Shown here piece by piece: positions 49,373-62,909 of a DNA stretch of 64,000 nt. Source of the stretch: Oikopleura dioica (Eukaryota; Animalia; Chordata); the NCBI GenBank assembly GCA_907165135.1, contig OU015569.1:3968001-4032000 (forward strand), written 5' to 3'. Every line of letters begins with the position of its first letter. The stretch's first letter is position 1. The notes under the pieces were generated by a model. That model had not been told where the DNA came from. It searched no databases and saw only the letters and a program-made list of their open reading frames with translations. Both the position numbers and the translations under genes were made by a program.

Positions 49373-52300
49373 TTAAACATTCACAGAAATCAAAATCGGC
49401 AATTCATATTCAAATACAAAAAGCCTAAATTTATTGAAGAAAATAATGACAGTAAATCAACAAATAGGATATCAGAAGAGACTGCCTAATCATTTTAACG
49501 CATAATCGAATTTTATTGAACAAAATAATCATCACATGTCTATTTAAATGAATGTCAACTAAAATTCAAAAGATAGAAACTCGAATATATGATCTATAGC
49601 GACGACTGTCTGCGTTATCAAAATATTCTCATGCGCCTAGTCAGCAGCCTACTGAAATGAAGTGTGCATGTTTTTTTGCATTTGTTCTTTTTTTTTTCTC
49701 TTTGTGTTAGCTGATGTAGTATCCGTTAAGAGAAGGATTTTATTTTTCTTGAATACTCTTTACTACTATTTTGAAATAATAAAAATAAGAGTAGTGTACT
49801 AAGTTTTATTATTTTTTTTTTTTGAGTTGTTCGAAATTCGAATAGCGTTTTTCAGGGATAAGTGTCAGAAAAAAAAGAAATAAAATTAGGTTTACTGGAA
49901 CTGTCAAGTAATCGATGAAAAAGAGGAGCTGCAAGAAGACAAGCCGCAAAATCAAAGAAAACAAACTGAGACATTCTCTTGTTGGAATTTATTATAAAAA
50001 GAAAAGAGAATAGCTTCGGGTCACAGAGAAAGAAGCAGAAATGGGTCCATATCAGCAGCCTTTCACGAAGAAGAGGGTCAGGTAATGTTTCTTAGTGTTT
50101 TATTGGTTTTCAAGAATCAACTTTGATAAGTTAATTTTAAAATCAAATACCAAAAACATCGATTATTTGGATATGAGAAGCTCTATATTCTCACATAAAC
50201 TATAAGAATCTCTGCCCCTTATTTAATGCTGCTAAAGATCTTTATTTTCTACTGACTTGGATAAAAACCTTTGGAGAAGGTTATCTGCGTCTGTTGGTGT
50301 TCTATCGTTTTTTTTTGGGAATCTGGTTTCGTGTAAAATCAGTCTCGTCATAATTTGTAGCGATGGTCGACCGTTGAATCTTTGCGACCACAAATTTGCA
50401 TAATTTTGGCGATTCGCTAAATCCAATCTGACTACGAAATTTGCCATTCTATGGCTCAAGACGTTCAAAGTGGAGTAGGCGATGCATTCGAGCGTCGAGA
50501 AAGTCATTTTCCGCGCAGAGCGCAGCGGAACCCAGTGTTGTTTCAGCCCATCAAAGCAGGTGCACATTTCCTTGCTCGCCGCTCTAAAAGCACAAAATAA
50601 AAGGGCCCCTCGCTATCTAACCCAAACAGCCACAAGTTCAACTTCTCCCTCATTCCTTCCTCCAAATTGTCCTGCTACTTGTATATTGTTATCACGTGCG
50701 CTTCATGAATTTGCACAAATCAACGCGATATTTCCGTAAAAAGTAGCTGCACCTTATTGTTGTCATGTTTGCCGCACATCGCCAGCTTGTTAGGAATGCA
50801 AACTGCCTTCGTTTCCTATCTTTTCTTCGAGGGATCAGTTTTTTATTCTTCCGCTGCACCGTTGTGAGCCAAAACTAGAAGGTAATTCAATTAATCTCGT
50901 AGGGGATGCGAACCGCAAATAAACTTAATTGCCTCACTTCAGTCATTAAGATCATTATTTAGCAAGGCAAAATAATCACACGAATTCTCTAGTACACACT
51001 TCTGCATCCAGTTCCACGAAAAAACAATCCAAAAATCCCCTTTGCATCTTTGATCCAAGTCACAGTTTAATTTTTCTTCAAAACCTGAATTTTTGAAGAA
51101 CTTGGTCTCTTTTATTAAGAAATTGAATGAAGAGCGGCTTTTTTTAAAGCAAAGCCGCGAAGTAGCTTTACCAGGATTATATCGGTATTATTTTAGGGAG
51201 AGGACTGCTCTGGTGAGCGCGTTTGGAGAACTTAAGCTTGCAAAAATTGTTTTTTTTTTACAATTTTGGCAATAATTAAGATAACTCGTCAGAATCCTTC
51301 AAGGACTTTTGAAGTCAAGAGCTTGGCTCAATCGCACTTATACGATGATCACACTCTATTTGCGCTCTTTTGACTGTAACAAGCAGAAGAGTCATATTCT
51401 TGATAGGATTTGGGCAGTGAAGGGGCGACAAGGTTTTGTAAATTGAGTGAGCATGAAAAGTATTCTGCTTGTTTCGTCATTACGCTGTTTAGTGGACGCA
51501 ACTAGCATAATGTAGGAACCGAAAATTTAATTGATTCAAAATCTATCTAATTCGAATAATATTTCGGAAATTATAACGTCTTTTCCTTGGCGAGCTGCCA
51601 GCGGGAAGCCGCTCTCTATCAGACGACCATCAGTACACCACCAGAGAGAATTTTTTTTTATTTCGAAACGATCGATTTCAGTAGGAATATCAAGAAACCG
51701 TTTTTTTTACGATTTGTTCGAAGTAGCTTGTCAGACTAGAGCTGGTTAGACCTCGTCTTGTTGGTTTGGCCTCGTCTTGCTGAAACTGGTAAATATAATT
51801 ATCGGACCATAATCACGCACTGACCGGATGATATAATCAACTCTTTTGCCAAAGCCAATTTATTTAATTTAGTCTGCCGGTGAGGGAAAAGAGAGATAGC
51901 TAGAATTATAAAATTGTCAAATCATGGTATGTTTACTCAAGTATATCTGGGAGAGAAAAAAACGGAAGTGAAGAGAACTGAAAATAAATAAAGTAGTTAT
52001 TCTTCTGGTTGACGTGGTCAACGCGAGGCAGATCATCGTGACCGAATTTCGGATGAAGTCCGTAAATAAGCGCGAAATCTAATGCAAACATTTCGACATT
52101 ATTGTCAGACTTTCTAAATATGGAAAGTTCTCGCGTTCTGAAATACTAGAATTTTCGGCGCAGTTCGCCCCATGAGTTGACCCTACAGTTTATACGAAAG
52201 TATAGTTATTTAGATACTGTACTAAGAAGCGAGAGAGAGATTAAAGAAGAAATGGCTTGGCGTAAAAAAAGAGCGTTTTTGGGATTTTAATGATTGTTTG

Positions 52301-53143
52301 AGAATTTAAGTCGATTTAGTAAAATGATTTCGTCGGGAGTCGCCCGATCGTGTATCACAAGCTTTTTTCCAAAATATTTGTGATAGACACTTGTCCGCAA
52401 CTCCTTTCCGGCTCCATAAAGCGCGCAAAGTCGAGTAATTATTTTTTTCTGATTCCTCTACTGATCCTTACTACTCCGAACCTCTATTTTTAGCCCAAAC
52501 ACAGGAATTCTTATATTTTTAAATCGAAGGAATTGCAAGACAAGTCTCGGGTTTTCCTTCGCGTTTATGGCCCACTCTCTTAGACAGATGGGTATAGACT
52601 GGCAAAATAAGGCAAAGAAGGTTTCTGAATAAATATTTGCGCTCTAATTTTAAGCAGAGATGAATCGCAACAGGTGCTAAAATGACTTGAAACGTTTTCC
52701 GCGAGATTTTAATTTCGTGCTTCCAAGTAATAAAAGAAATGACTTTACGTGCAATATTGTCTATCAAGTGCGTTCGAGAAAAATATTTTTCGGCTTTGGT
52801 GATTTTCGTGATTTGAACGCGAATCCAAATTCAAGAGCTGATCAAGTAACTCCTACAACGGCACTAGAATTGTAATAAATCCCCGACACCGAAAGAAAAG
52901 GGAGCAAAATAATGTCATGTCGTACTTTATGCTGAGACGTAAATTTTACGATGATTTAACGATGTCCGAATTTGGTGAGATTTTTTGACCTTTTATTTGA
53001 GATTCGAAAGAGAAAATTTAACTAAAGAAGAATTCACTCAAGGGCTCAATATCAGAACATTTTAATCGGGATTTTTGATTGCGGAAAGTGACGAAGTTTA
53101 ATTTAGAATTGAACTCCCGCCGAATGAGAATACGATAACGACA

Positions 53144-56100
53144 ATGAGTTCGCTGAAAGTAAGTATCCGCTTCTACCATATCCGCCTTATTTCTAGCGAC
53201 GATTCAGGTGAAAAATTATTTATTTTTTTCAGAAAGCTGCCTGTGTAACAAGCACCTTCATCGAGTCGCTAGTGTTTACTGGGCCGCTTTTGGGCTGGTC
53301 ATCGCTTGCATTCTGTCTGAAAAGCGAAGGCTACTTCGATACCTGTAGCCAGCCTGTTGAGAGCGTCCATGTTTCTGCCTCCGAGAGCTCGGAGCTAGAG
53401 ACGACGTCTCTTTTAATCAACTCCTCCGAGCATTGTTCAGTCGAGAATGACACCATCTGCGCAGGTGCAAATTAATACTCGTCGGTAACAGCGATTCAAA
53501 AGTATTCAGACCAAACGAAAACCATCAACGACCTGTATACATACGCAGCCATCATTTGCAACATATATTGCCTCGCTTCTGGCTATCTGCTTGACAAGGT
53601 AAGAGAGTTTGCTTTTGTTTTGAACGGGTCGCATTGCTCGAGTAAGGCGGTTTCTGTAACACTCTTGGTGAGAGGCCTTCACAACATTAATATAAACCAA
53701 AACAAGCGCCAAGGCGAGCTTTCACGTGATGTCCGCCGCAGCCGAATCCTCTTTGAGATCGAAGTAAATCCCATTCCGAAATGGCTCCTAACTCCGCAAC
53801 GTCTACTTTTACGGCTTAGAAGCTTTGCCAAGTTACCTATTTCGGTATCTGCAGCTTCCTGTTTAGCATTTAATATCAACAAATCTAGGGGTTGCTTTGT
53901 TGCAACTACTGTCATTTAAGAAATACAGAAAGGAGCTACTTTTGAACTCTGAAATGTTAAGTTCAAAAGCAATCGTAATAAGCGCGTGCCCGCTAATCCA
54001 GTTTTAACAATATTCGATAACATTGATGGATGAGAGCTAAGCCGAATCGGCTTCAGTTACCGAGAAAGGTTCAAACAACGTGGCAGCCCGAATACAGTTC
54101 TTTTCTGTTTCAGTTTTGCCTCTCCACGGCGGATTCGGCTGTGTGAACGCTTGATTTGACTATTTTCCAAACAGAAATGCCTCGATAAGAAAAACGTGGC
54201 CCCAAAAAGATTGTTTGGAAAATTAGCATTGGCATCTCATAGACTCAACTTTGATTAATTGTTCAGCAATTTACGCTCTTTAGTCATCTTTCTTGCTAAT
54301 TTTGTTATTGTCGACTCCTTCTTTAAATATATTTGTAACATAATAGATGCCCGCTTTCGCCAAAATAACGTTGATTAAATTTATTAAAGGCAGTGTAAAG
54401 AAAGCTTTGTTTTGGCGTTTTCGAAGTTTTTCATAAGAAATCATACCTAATTAGTAATTACGTTCGAAGCTCACGAAAACTCACGATAATTAGGCGAGTA
54501 ATTATATGTGGCCTAAATAAAAGTATGCCCTATTCGATTGAATTTTCAGTACGGAACTTGGATCTCGCGCTTCCTATCCTGCCTTTTACTTACAACTGGT
54601 GCGATGCTGATGGCTATTTCCACACCAAGTAGTAGTTATCTATACTACTTTGGCTTTCCGATGATGTCTTCTGGAGGAATAGCCCTGCTTGTCTCCAACA
54701 TCCAAAGTAAGCTGCCTGATGCTCACATTTAGCAACTGCTCAGAGCTGGAGCGGGTACTTAGCAGAGTACTCAGTCTAAGTTGCGCAACTTGAAAAGCGA
54801 GAAGCGCATTTCAGGAAGTTTGCAAGAGAGATAATTCTTTGAATGGAACTTTAGTTGCGAATCTTTATCCCAGCAAGCGCGGAGTAATCATCACCGAGAT
54901 CAACGGCTTGTTCGGCTCATCCTCTGCGGTCTTTTTAATTGTCAAAATGCTCTACCAGAGGTAATTCCCGTTCCAGGCACAGTCCTGCTTATTTTATGGA
55001 CATTTACGATGGTTTCTAAAGTTTAGCGAGTAGGCTTCTTATGGATAGCTTAGCATAACCTTATAACGATAAAGTGGAAGGTATTCTCATGTACTATCGG
55101 CCCATGCAGGGTTTTTGGGATCCTATCTTTGGGGAAAGAGATTGCTTATCTTTCTCGTCCTAAAACTTTGTAACAACACTTAAATAATGTTAAGGTGCCT
55201 ATCTTAGATATTGCGACATAACGGCGTTCTTGTGTTTTGATAAGCTTTTTTTAACATGTCAAAAGTAAAACAATCAGCCGTTCGAACTTCGAAATAAGGC
55301 TAGTAGTTTTGAAGAACACGTGAAATCTTCTTCGAAATCTGTCGTTTAGTGGAATTCCTCTGTCGCGGATCATGATGTCGTACGGTCTGTTGAGCCTCCT
55401 CTGCCTCGTCAAGACATTTCTCCTCATGCCCAGGTGAGCATCTTGCTAATAGTTTAATCGTAGCGCACTCTTACAAATCTTTCAATTACACGAATCATTT
55501 TTATCACGCGCATAACAAACTTTCTTCCGTGAAAAGATTGATCTTTCAGGTACAACATTCCCTTCGACGTGCCACCTGGCTTCGATTTCGGTCTTTGCGA
55601 TCTGCAATCCAAGAAAGGTAACGTCTTGACTTACTGCTGGTCAGAAACGGTCTTGGGCAGAGAGAGGCGGCGACCGTTATTCAAATTTTATGCCTAAATT
55701 GTGAAATGCGCTTCCCACTGCGTCTCTCTCCCACGAATATTTTCAATCAGTGAAAAAAACGAATTTTACAAACTTTCCAAAATGGTAATTTTATGTGTTA
55801 GAAGTTGACGAGAGGAAGGTCGACTTGAGCAAGAAGTCTGAGAGTTTCTCCAATTCTGCAAGGCACGGGTTCTGTTTTTTATTAACTCGTTTCGGATTTC
55901 GATTTATCAAATATGTTTCTTGAAATGACCCTTTCGTAAGCTCCATGCTCTACATTGGATTTCTGTTGTTCTTCGGAATCTTACTGCTGCGCCTCAATTA
56001 TTTTCTGTCGTCTTATTTTGCCTGGCTTTCTGATCTAGGATAAGGTAGAAAAAACTAAGTGCAATTAAATGTCAGCAGATGCGCCCGGTTGTTGCGATTC

Positions 56101-57257
56101 CTTTAAACATATTCCAACAAACTGCTTCTTTCTTATAAAGCAGAGGTTTGAAGCGATCATGGTAAAGTTCAACATCCATTTTTTACCTTTTAAAAGTCAG
56201 ACGCGTCATTCCCGACTGTGATGCCCGCGCAGAGTACATTTCAAAGTACGTCAATATTCTTGGTACGGTTCAGCTGCTCGAAGCGGTCACATACGCTCCT
56301 CTAATTGGCGCTTTCTTCGACTATCTTCGGCGCTTCATCAGAAGGCGCAATGAAAATCTGCCTGAAGAAATCAGCTCTCTAAAAGCGAATTCTGTCTGTC
56401 TCTTTATCTGCCTTATTTTCGGCGTTATATCCACAATTCTGCCCTGCATCGACAACATTGGTGAGTCCTATTACATAGTAACTTGCGTAGTTGGATATTT
56501 GTGTGAACTTAGACTTGAAGCTCGAGTCATATTCGAACGATTTGATAAACTTGTGAAAAAATGATAGCATTAAAGCACTCGTGTTACATGCTTATAGACT
56601 TTGTTGAGCGAAATCGTTCTTGACGCCCTTCTTGAATCATTCTTGCTTCAACTATTTTCTAATGAAGTGTACCCTCTATCAACGCTACACAAGAGTAGAA
56701 ATACGTGTAGCTATGTTATAACAATTCTCGATTAGCATTACAAACAGTCACGATCGTATCACTTTGTCTCTACCGCTGTTTTTACGTTGGAACCATAGGA
56801 CAGGCTTGTTAACCGCGCGCATCTTACCAGGAATGTTACATTTGTAATCTGTGCGTATTGCTTCAGCCCATTGCTAAGCTACCTTTTTAACATATGCGTT
56901 CCCGGTGGAGCACTTCGGCAAACTGTATGGAATCGCTCGCGTTGTCGGTGGCTTCTCAACTTTTTTATCAAAGCCAATTTTCGCCGCAGTTGTTGAAAAC
57001 GATAATGCTTTCAAGGATGCAAATATCGACTTTACGATCGCGCTCAGTAAGTTTTAAATTTTTCCGTAAATTTAAAAAAATACTTAGTACTTTGCTTCGC
57101 CCAACCGATAAATATCTATCGCTGTGCGATGAAAAAAGAAAAAAAGTTCATTGATGAAGATGAAAACAATTTGGAAACAAGTTTCATTCAGAAGGATCAG
57201 TTCAAATTAAAATCTACCAAAATAAGTTACTTCGGAAGGCTCCCAGAATTTAGATGA
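53144..57257 (+). CDS. SLC43-family (LAT3/LAT4/SLC43A3-like) MFS transporter
   Basis: FIESLVFTGPLLGWSSLAFCLKSEGYF, GYLLDKYGTWISR, ANLYPSKRGVIITEINGLFGSSS and FLTYAFPVEHFGKLYG match SLC43 signatures. Stop TGA at 57255-57257. Confidence 0.88.
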
Positions 57258-57720
57258 ATTTTATCAAAAAAAGTGTTAGGCTAACACTCCTGGAGAACAA
57301 GTCTTAGCTCGTAAACTAATTACGCACTTCGCCTTAGGAAGCAAAAAAAGAGGTGCAAATTTGACATTTTTCCATCTCAATAAGGTTAAATGCAAGTAAA
57401 AGCGCTCCACAAATACGTCTTCATATTCTCAGGAATTGCTCTTTAGTGAACTGTAAAAGAATCACAAGGTGGACCACCTAAACTCTTCCGTCATGCTCAA
57501 CTCGCTCCAGTCAATTGCTGCCTAGATAAGTAATCCAGTTCCGATTTTATTTGCAAGTTCCATTCTCGTCATTTTTATTTCTGAATTCTTGATTAAAACA
57601 TGAACAGTCGACTCTGGGTTTCTTGATTCTGCAACACTTGTAAACTAATAAACCAATTGAAACAAGGTGACTCGTCTGTCAAAGTTTATTTGAAGAGAAG
57701 TAGTTTCGAGGAGCTACCGT

Positions 57721-58092
57721 CTATTGCTTCCCCTGCTGGGCATTGTCTCCCATGTTTTCTAGCATTTCGTGACTGAGCTCGATTTCCGCCTCGCTTGTTT
57801 CGTTTTGGCGTTTTTGGGATCCCTAACAATTTTGAAGACAGTAACTCTTTTAAATTATACCTTGGTCGTCATCCATACAATTTTCTCCATTCGATGCTTT
57901 GCCGGTGAGTCGTCAATCAACTCAGTTTTCTTGGCCAACACTCTGTCGAATAGAACAACCAATGTTCCCGTTAAAACTTAAAAGCGACTATAAGGTCATG
58001 TGATTGACTAGTTACCTACTGCTACATATAAAAAATGAGAGAATAAGTGTTGCTGCCATGATTTTCGTTGGGACTGTTGGTTTCTCTTCCAT
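57721..58092 (-). CDS. Small single-pass membrane protein, unknown
   Basis: Three GT-AG-joined exons give MEEKPTVPTKIMAATLILSFFICSILTGTLVVLFDRV...GKQ*. There may be further upstream exons. Confidence 0.4.
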
Positions 58093-58639
58093 TTTATAAG
58101 TCTCTTTTGGCAGATCAGATTATAAGTTCTGCTCAAACTCAAACAGATCTGTTCCACAGATACCTGGTTTATTATTTTTGTGTTAATAATTGAAAACGAC
58201 TTGCTACAGTTCTTCTCTGGTCAGCCCCAGTATGTATAAATATTTAAGGCGACTCCATTTCAATTTTGTTACTTTCATCGACAAATAATTTAGCCTTGAT
58301 GAGAGCTAATGAAGCTGAGTAGATCAACGATGTCTCATTTTAAATTTTCGGATATAACTAATGCCAATGAAAGTCTCCCCTTTTAAAACCAAAGCTTCTT
58401 ATGATTGCTTATGAAGGTCTTACTTTTGGTCGAATAGACATCCTATTTTTATACTAAAATGGATGTTTTATTATTTTCTTAATGATATATTTATATAAAT
58501 ATGGTAATATTGCCGTGCTATAAATATAAAAACCGTGGTGATTTTACTCTCACTCTGATGAGCAGATGAAAGGCGTCGCTGCGGATGAGGGGTCCATTCT
58601 GTCACTAATACTAAATATACCAAGAAGCTGCTTATATTA

Positions 58640-59190
58640 ACCTAGCAGAATTGAGGAGAAACGAAAATAAGAAAAACGCGCTTTTGGACAAGCATAAACA
58701 AGGTGAAGAGTTAGGTCGAAATAAGGCTTTTACCGTGGAACCTATGCAGACCTATGGATTATGACCCACCGAGAGGAAAGCCTTTCAAGGTAGTTTGCAG
58801 AGTGAATGAGTGGAGATATTCTTCAGGTAACGCATGAGGTCGACTATTACAAACCATTTCTGGAAAAAAGGGAACTATGTGCATGGATTGCAATCTGCAT
58901 TCTTGGTTCTCTCGTCTTCTGCATGTAAGATTCTAAACACATTTTCTGGGCTCGCCTGTTGTCTGCCCTCTCCAGTGCCATAACCACCATTACGGGAAAT
59001 AACAGTTTTCAGAAAACGCTGCATCAAGGAAAGAAAAACACAGTATAGACGAATGATGAGTTCAACTACGCCCGAAGATGAGTTTAACTCGACTGGTACT
59101 CTGCGAGGCCTGGGTCTCAAAATTTTTGTTCATTTGATTCGCATATTAATGAGTGATGGTTCATCACTGATGGACGTTAATAGACCCATC
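58640..59190 (+). CDS. Fragmented multi-exon membrane protein, unknown
   Basis: Short exon-like frames with GT donors: AELRRNENKKNALLDKHKQ; ELCAWIAICILGSLVFC (TM); FRKRCIKERKTQYRRMMSS. Full model not resolved. Confidence 0.3.
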
Positions 59191-60087
59191 TGATCAGGCA
59201 CAAGCAATCGTCTCAACCCTCTGGCAACCCGTTCTACGCGCTACCACAGTGGCGGCATTTTCACCACAGAAGCTTCACAGAAGCTATTCTAAATATTCTA
59301 TCAGGAATTTCTTTTAGAAAAACAAACTCGATAGCCTCTTATTCTCAGTTAAACCAGTGAGCTACATTCGATCATACAATTCAATTTCCCAAGGTGGCTT
59401 TTGTCATCGCCGGCCCTTTTTTATGAAAACTTTGGTTTTTCTGCTCAATAAATACGAAATTTTTCAAAATTGAAGAGATTGAAGGCATTTGAATAGCTGT
59501 ATTGAGTAGCAGTCAAATATCATTATCATGTTCAGAATAATCACACAGACAGAATATAAAAGGGGCAATCGATATTCGAATCGATTGCTTAAAAGACCAT
59601 GCCACTTTATATATTCACGAATTGGCAGATTTATAATCACTTTCTTATTCAGCAGAGCTAAAATGAAAACTCCAAGTAATCGGTGGGAACAAACCCTCGC
59701 TGGCCTTTTTCGTTCTCGATCAACGACCAGCCATCAGACAAACTTCGAAAGAGTGATAGCTGCTCGTTCTTCGACACGGATATGCAGCGCTCAAATTCAG
59801 CCTAGCATATGATACAAATAATAATGTCGAGGGATAAACGTATGTTAAAAGAAAGTTCTTTACTTTTGTATCAGTTCCTTGAATGAAAACATGGCTCTGC
59901 AAGGTCGACCCTTTTCCTCATCCGCTGAAGGCGGCGGCGGCGGTGCAATTGATTTCTTATCGGAGCTCAACTCATTTTCAAAATATCAGTTAGAGATAAA
60001 CCAATCTTCTGAATGTATTCTCATCGTTAGAAGGGTGCTGCTTCCCAGCTGCCCGCATAGTGACACTTTTTTAAGCCATTGTCCTGA

Positions 60088-62452
60088 TTATTGTGCACCT
60101 CGCTCAGCTAATTCTTCGTAAATAGATGAAAAAAACTTCTGAAACATTCAGATTCGAATAGAATTTTTTTAAAGGGTGGAAAACGGTGAATGCGAAATTT
60201 ATTTAGTACGAGCCACTCCTTGGGTTTTAGTTTCTCGATGGGATTGTTGTACTCGGCGCGCTCCGTGTGGTATTGTTTGGATTGTGCGGATCTCGCTACA
60301 TTGGAAAGTTTTGGCGATGCCGGATTCGACTTATTCCGCGCCTTGTTGCGGATGCGTTCGTAAATCTTCGCTGGGGAACGCGATCGACGTGGCGTTCCTC
60401 GCGGGGGCAGTGCTGGCGAGTTACTCGCAGAAGTGGCAAAACTCTTCTCGGGATACGGATCTTATCAATAGTAATGCGAACTCAGAAGGCGCAAATTACC
60501 TTCATAAATTCTACTTGATTGAGTTTCGGAAGTGTTGCTGCGATCGACATACATGTAGCTGCCAGTTCCGAAGGAATCCGCCTCGTCAGGTACCTGTTCG
60601 GGAGCTTCTGGAAGGAGACTACGCCCTCCTATTGAGATTGAACGCTGTCTATTTCCGACGGACGACGAGTAAAACTCATTTAGCTTCTTCTCTCGCAGAG
60701 ATGATCGAGGCTTTTAGAGGAGTCTCCAGACAGTCTTTCATAAAACAAATATTGAATGGATTGAGCTGTCGCTAGTTGTAACCCTTTCCGGAAGCGGTTC
60801 TACGAGTCGATTGTAGCTCCTTCTTATCGAGGAATGGCCGGAGTCCCGCTCCACTCGAGGTGAACTTGGCGCCAGCTTTCGCGAAATCGTCGGCGTCGGC
60901 ATTCCCAAAGTGATCTCATCAAATTTTAAATTCTTCAGATTTGGCAGTTCCACTTCGGCAGGACGCGGGTAATCAACGTTTTCTTTTTGTAGCTGTTTTG
61001 TGACCTCTACCTGTAAAACGAGCTTCTTAATCAGATGAATAAACGAAAGTGTGTTTGATTCGAAGCGTTCCTGATCGTCATTAGGATTGACAGAAGAGAT
61101 GGTCATTTTCAATTTTTTGAGTTGCGCAGAGCGCTTCTCAATCAGATTAGTCTCAATCTTGACAATGTTAGTGAGTAGCTCGAGCCACGTGTTCGAATTT
61201 TTCGAATACACTTCTTGTAGAGTACGACATGCGTTTGGTATCACGTGCTCAACACTTGATCTTTGTAGTTGATTGAACTTATCCACTTGCAGAGAATATT
61301 CTTCTGTCGAACTCTGGCATCGAGTTTATAAACTGCGCATTTAGTAAAAAGAGAGTATTCTTCGATTTCTGACTATCAAACTTGGATTGTTTATAAACAC
61401 GTATCTCAAAGAGGGCCATCTTATCAGCGTAGACGACTCTGTACTTATCAACGTCCTTGGAGTTCTGGTGCTTTTCGTAACTGTTGAGTGCTTTACAATG
61501 GGCCTTTGCTCGCCGCTCGTTTTCGTATTTAGCCTTCTGAAGTGCTCTCCTCGCGTCACTCAGGCACTCCCTATCTCGACGTAGATCTGTAATAACGTAG
61601 TCTTTGGTCCGCGATAAAGTGAAAACCTCCTGTTCAATCGACACGTTCTGGAGTTCCTCGAGCATTTCTTCCGCCAGGTAGCAATTACTCTTACGCAACA
61701 CTCGCGCCACAGGAGAGTTGCTATCTGTTCCTTTAGAGGACTTTTCGTGCGTGTCTGCTTTCGCGTGGCAGTAGTCGAAAAGCGCATAGAAAGAGTTGAA
61801 GCAGCTGTCCTTAGACTTGTTCGTCTTCAGATGATGCTTCTTGCAAATATGCTTCAACTTTTTATTAAATTCTTGCTTTTTTGGGTGAACATTCTTTTCG
61901 CGCCGACAACACTGCTAGCTGAATAATATACAGCTGGCATACGTCTTCGATTGTGTCGTCTAAGTACACATCTTTCAGAACATAGCATACTTCGCATAAA
62001 ATGACAACGGTTAATACTATAGATCTCTGCTGAAACCACTCTGTCTTGCCGCCAATTGTACGCTACTGTTATCATTCAATTTTTCCCCATGTAATTTGTC
62101 CCGATAAACTTGGAGAAGTCGTAAAGCAGTCTTTGAAATTGATCAATCTCAATTTTCAATTTATACTTTTCATTCTCAAGCTAGAGTTCTAGCTTCAATT
62201 CAGCCTCGAAAATGAATAGTTTCGATATATGAGTTTTGGCTTTTATAAATTGGCAGCCGGAAGAGTCGGCATTTAGAGAATTGAACAAAAAAGCTTACCG
62301 CTCTTTCGATATGCTCCTCTCAAAAAGTTCACCATTTCCTTTAGCGCAGCGATATCTTTTAGCAGCGAAATCAACTGTAGGCTTGCCTCGCATCTGTAGT
62401 CAATTTCCTGGAGAAGCTTCTCTGGCGAGTACCACAAAACGCCCCAATCCAT
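60088..62452 (-). CDS. F-BAR domain protein (CIP4/FNBP1-like N-terminus) with a Tyr/Pro-motif tail and no SH3
   Basis: MDWGVLW resembles CIP4 MDWGTELW. KDIAALK|QEFNKKLKHICKKH resembles KERTEVEQAYAKQLRSLVKK. EYSLQVDKFNQLQ...IPNACRTLQE resembles EYAAQLQRFNRDQ...MPQIFDKLQD. Stop TAA at 60090-60088. Confidence 0.7.
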
Positions 62453-62909
62453 TTCTCACTCTTCTACTAAATCAACAATTCTCGGAACAATTCGAAAGTC
62501 GGCTAATAGCGCAAGAAAAATGTTTATTTCTCGGATGACTGAAAGAGCAGAGGAAAGGTTGTCAGATGTATGCATTAGGTTGTTTTACACCCGAGGCAAT
62601 GACATCTGATTTTACGTCGTCGCATATCACATAATACTATGATGTCCGGCAAAATCACATTTATAGAGCCCCGTCTAAGCTCATTCGGAAAGCTCCTCAC
62701 TTTCGTTACAAAAATCGATGTTTAGGAGAAATCAGAAGAGTGCCTCGCGCTGCGCGGTCACGTGATTACCGAACTCCCAAATTATTACCAGCTTTGGACA
62801 AAATAGAGCAAATTTTTCGATGAAATAAGAAGTGAGACTGATTTTTAGAAGTGGAAAGAACATGAGGTGCTTTTATTCATTCTGCTAAAAATATACATGA
62901 CAGGAGTTT

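Noticed and set aside
56799-56878. GA-AG intron in the SLC43 gene as a member of the stem class
   Set aside because: Best pairing is 4 bp (GGCT/AGCC), out of register. Counted as a counter-example.
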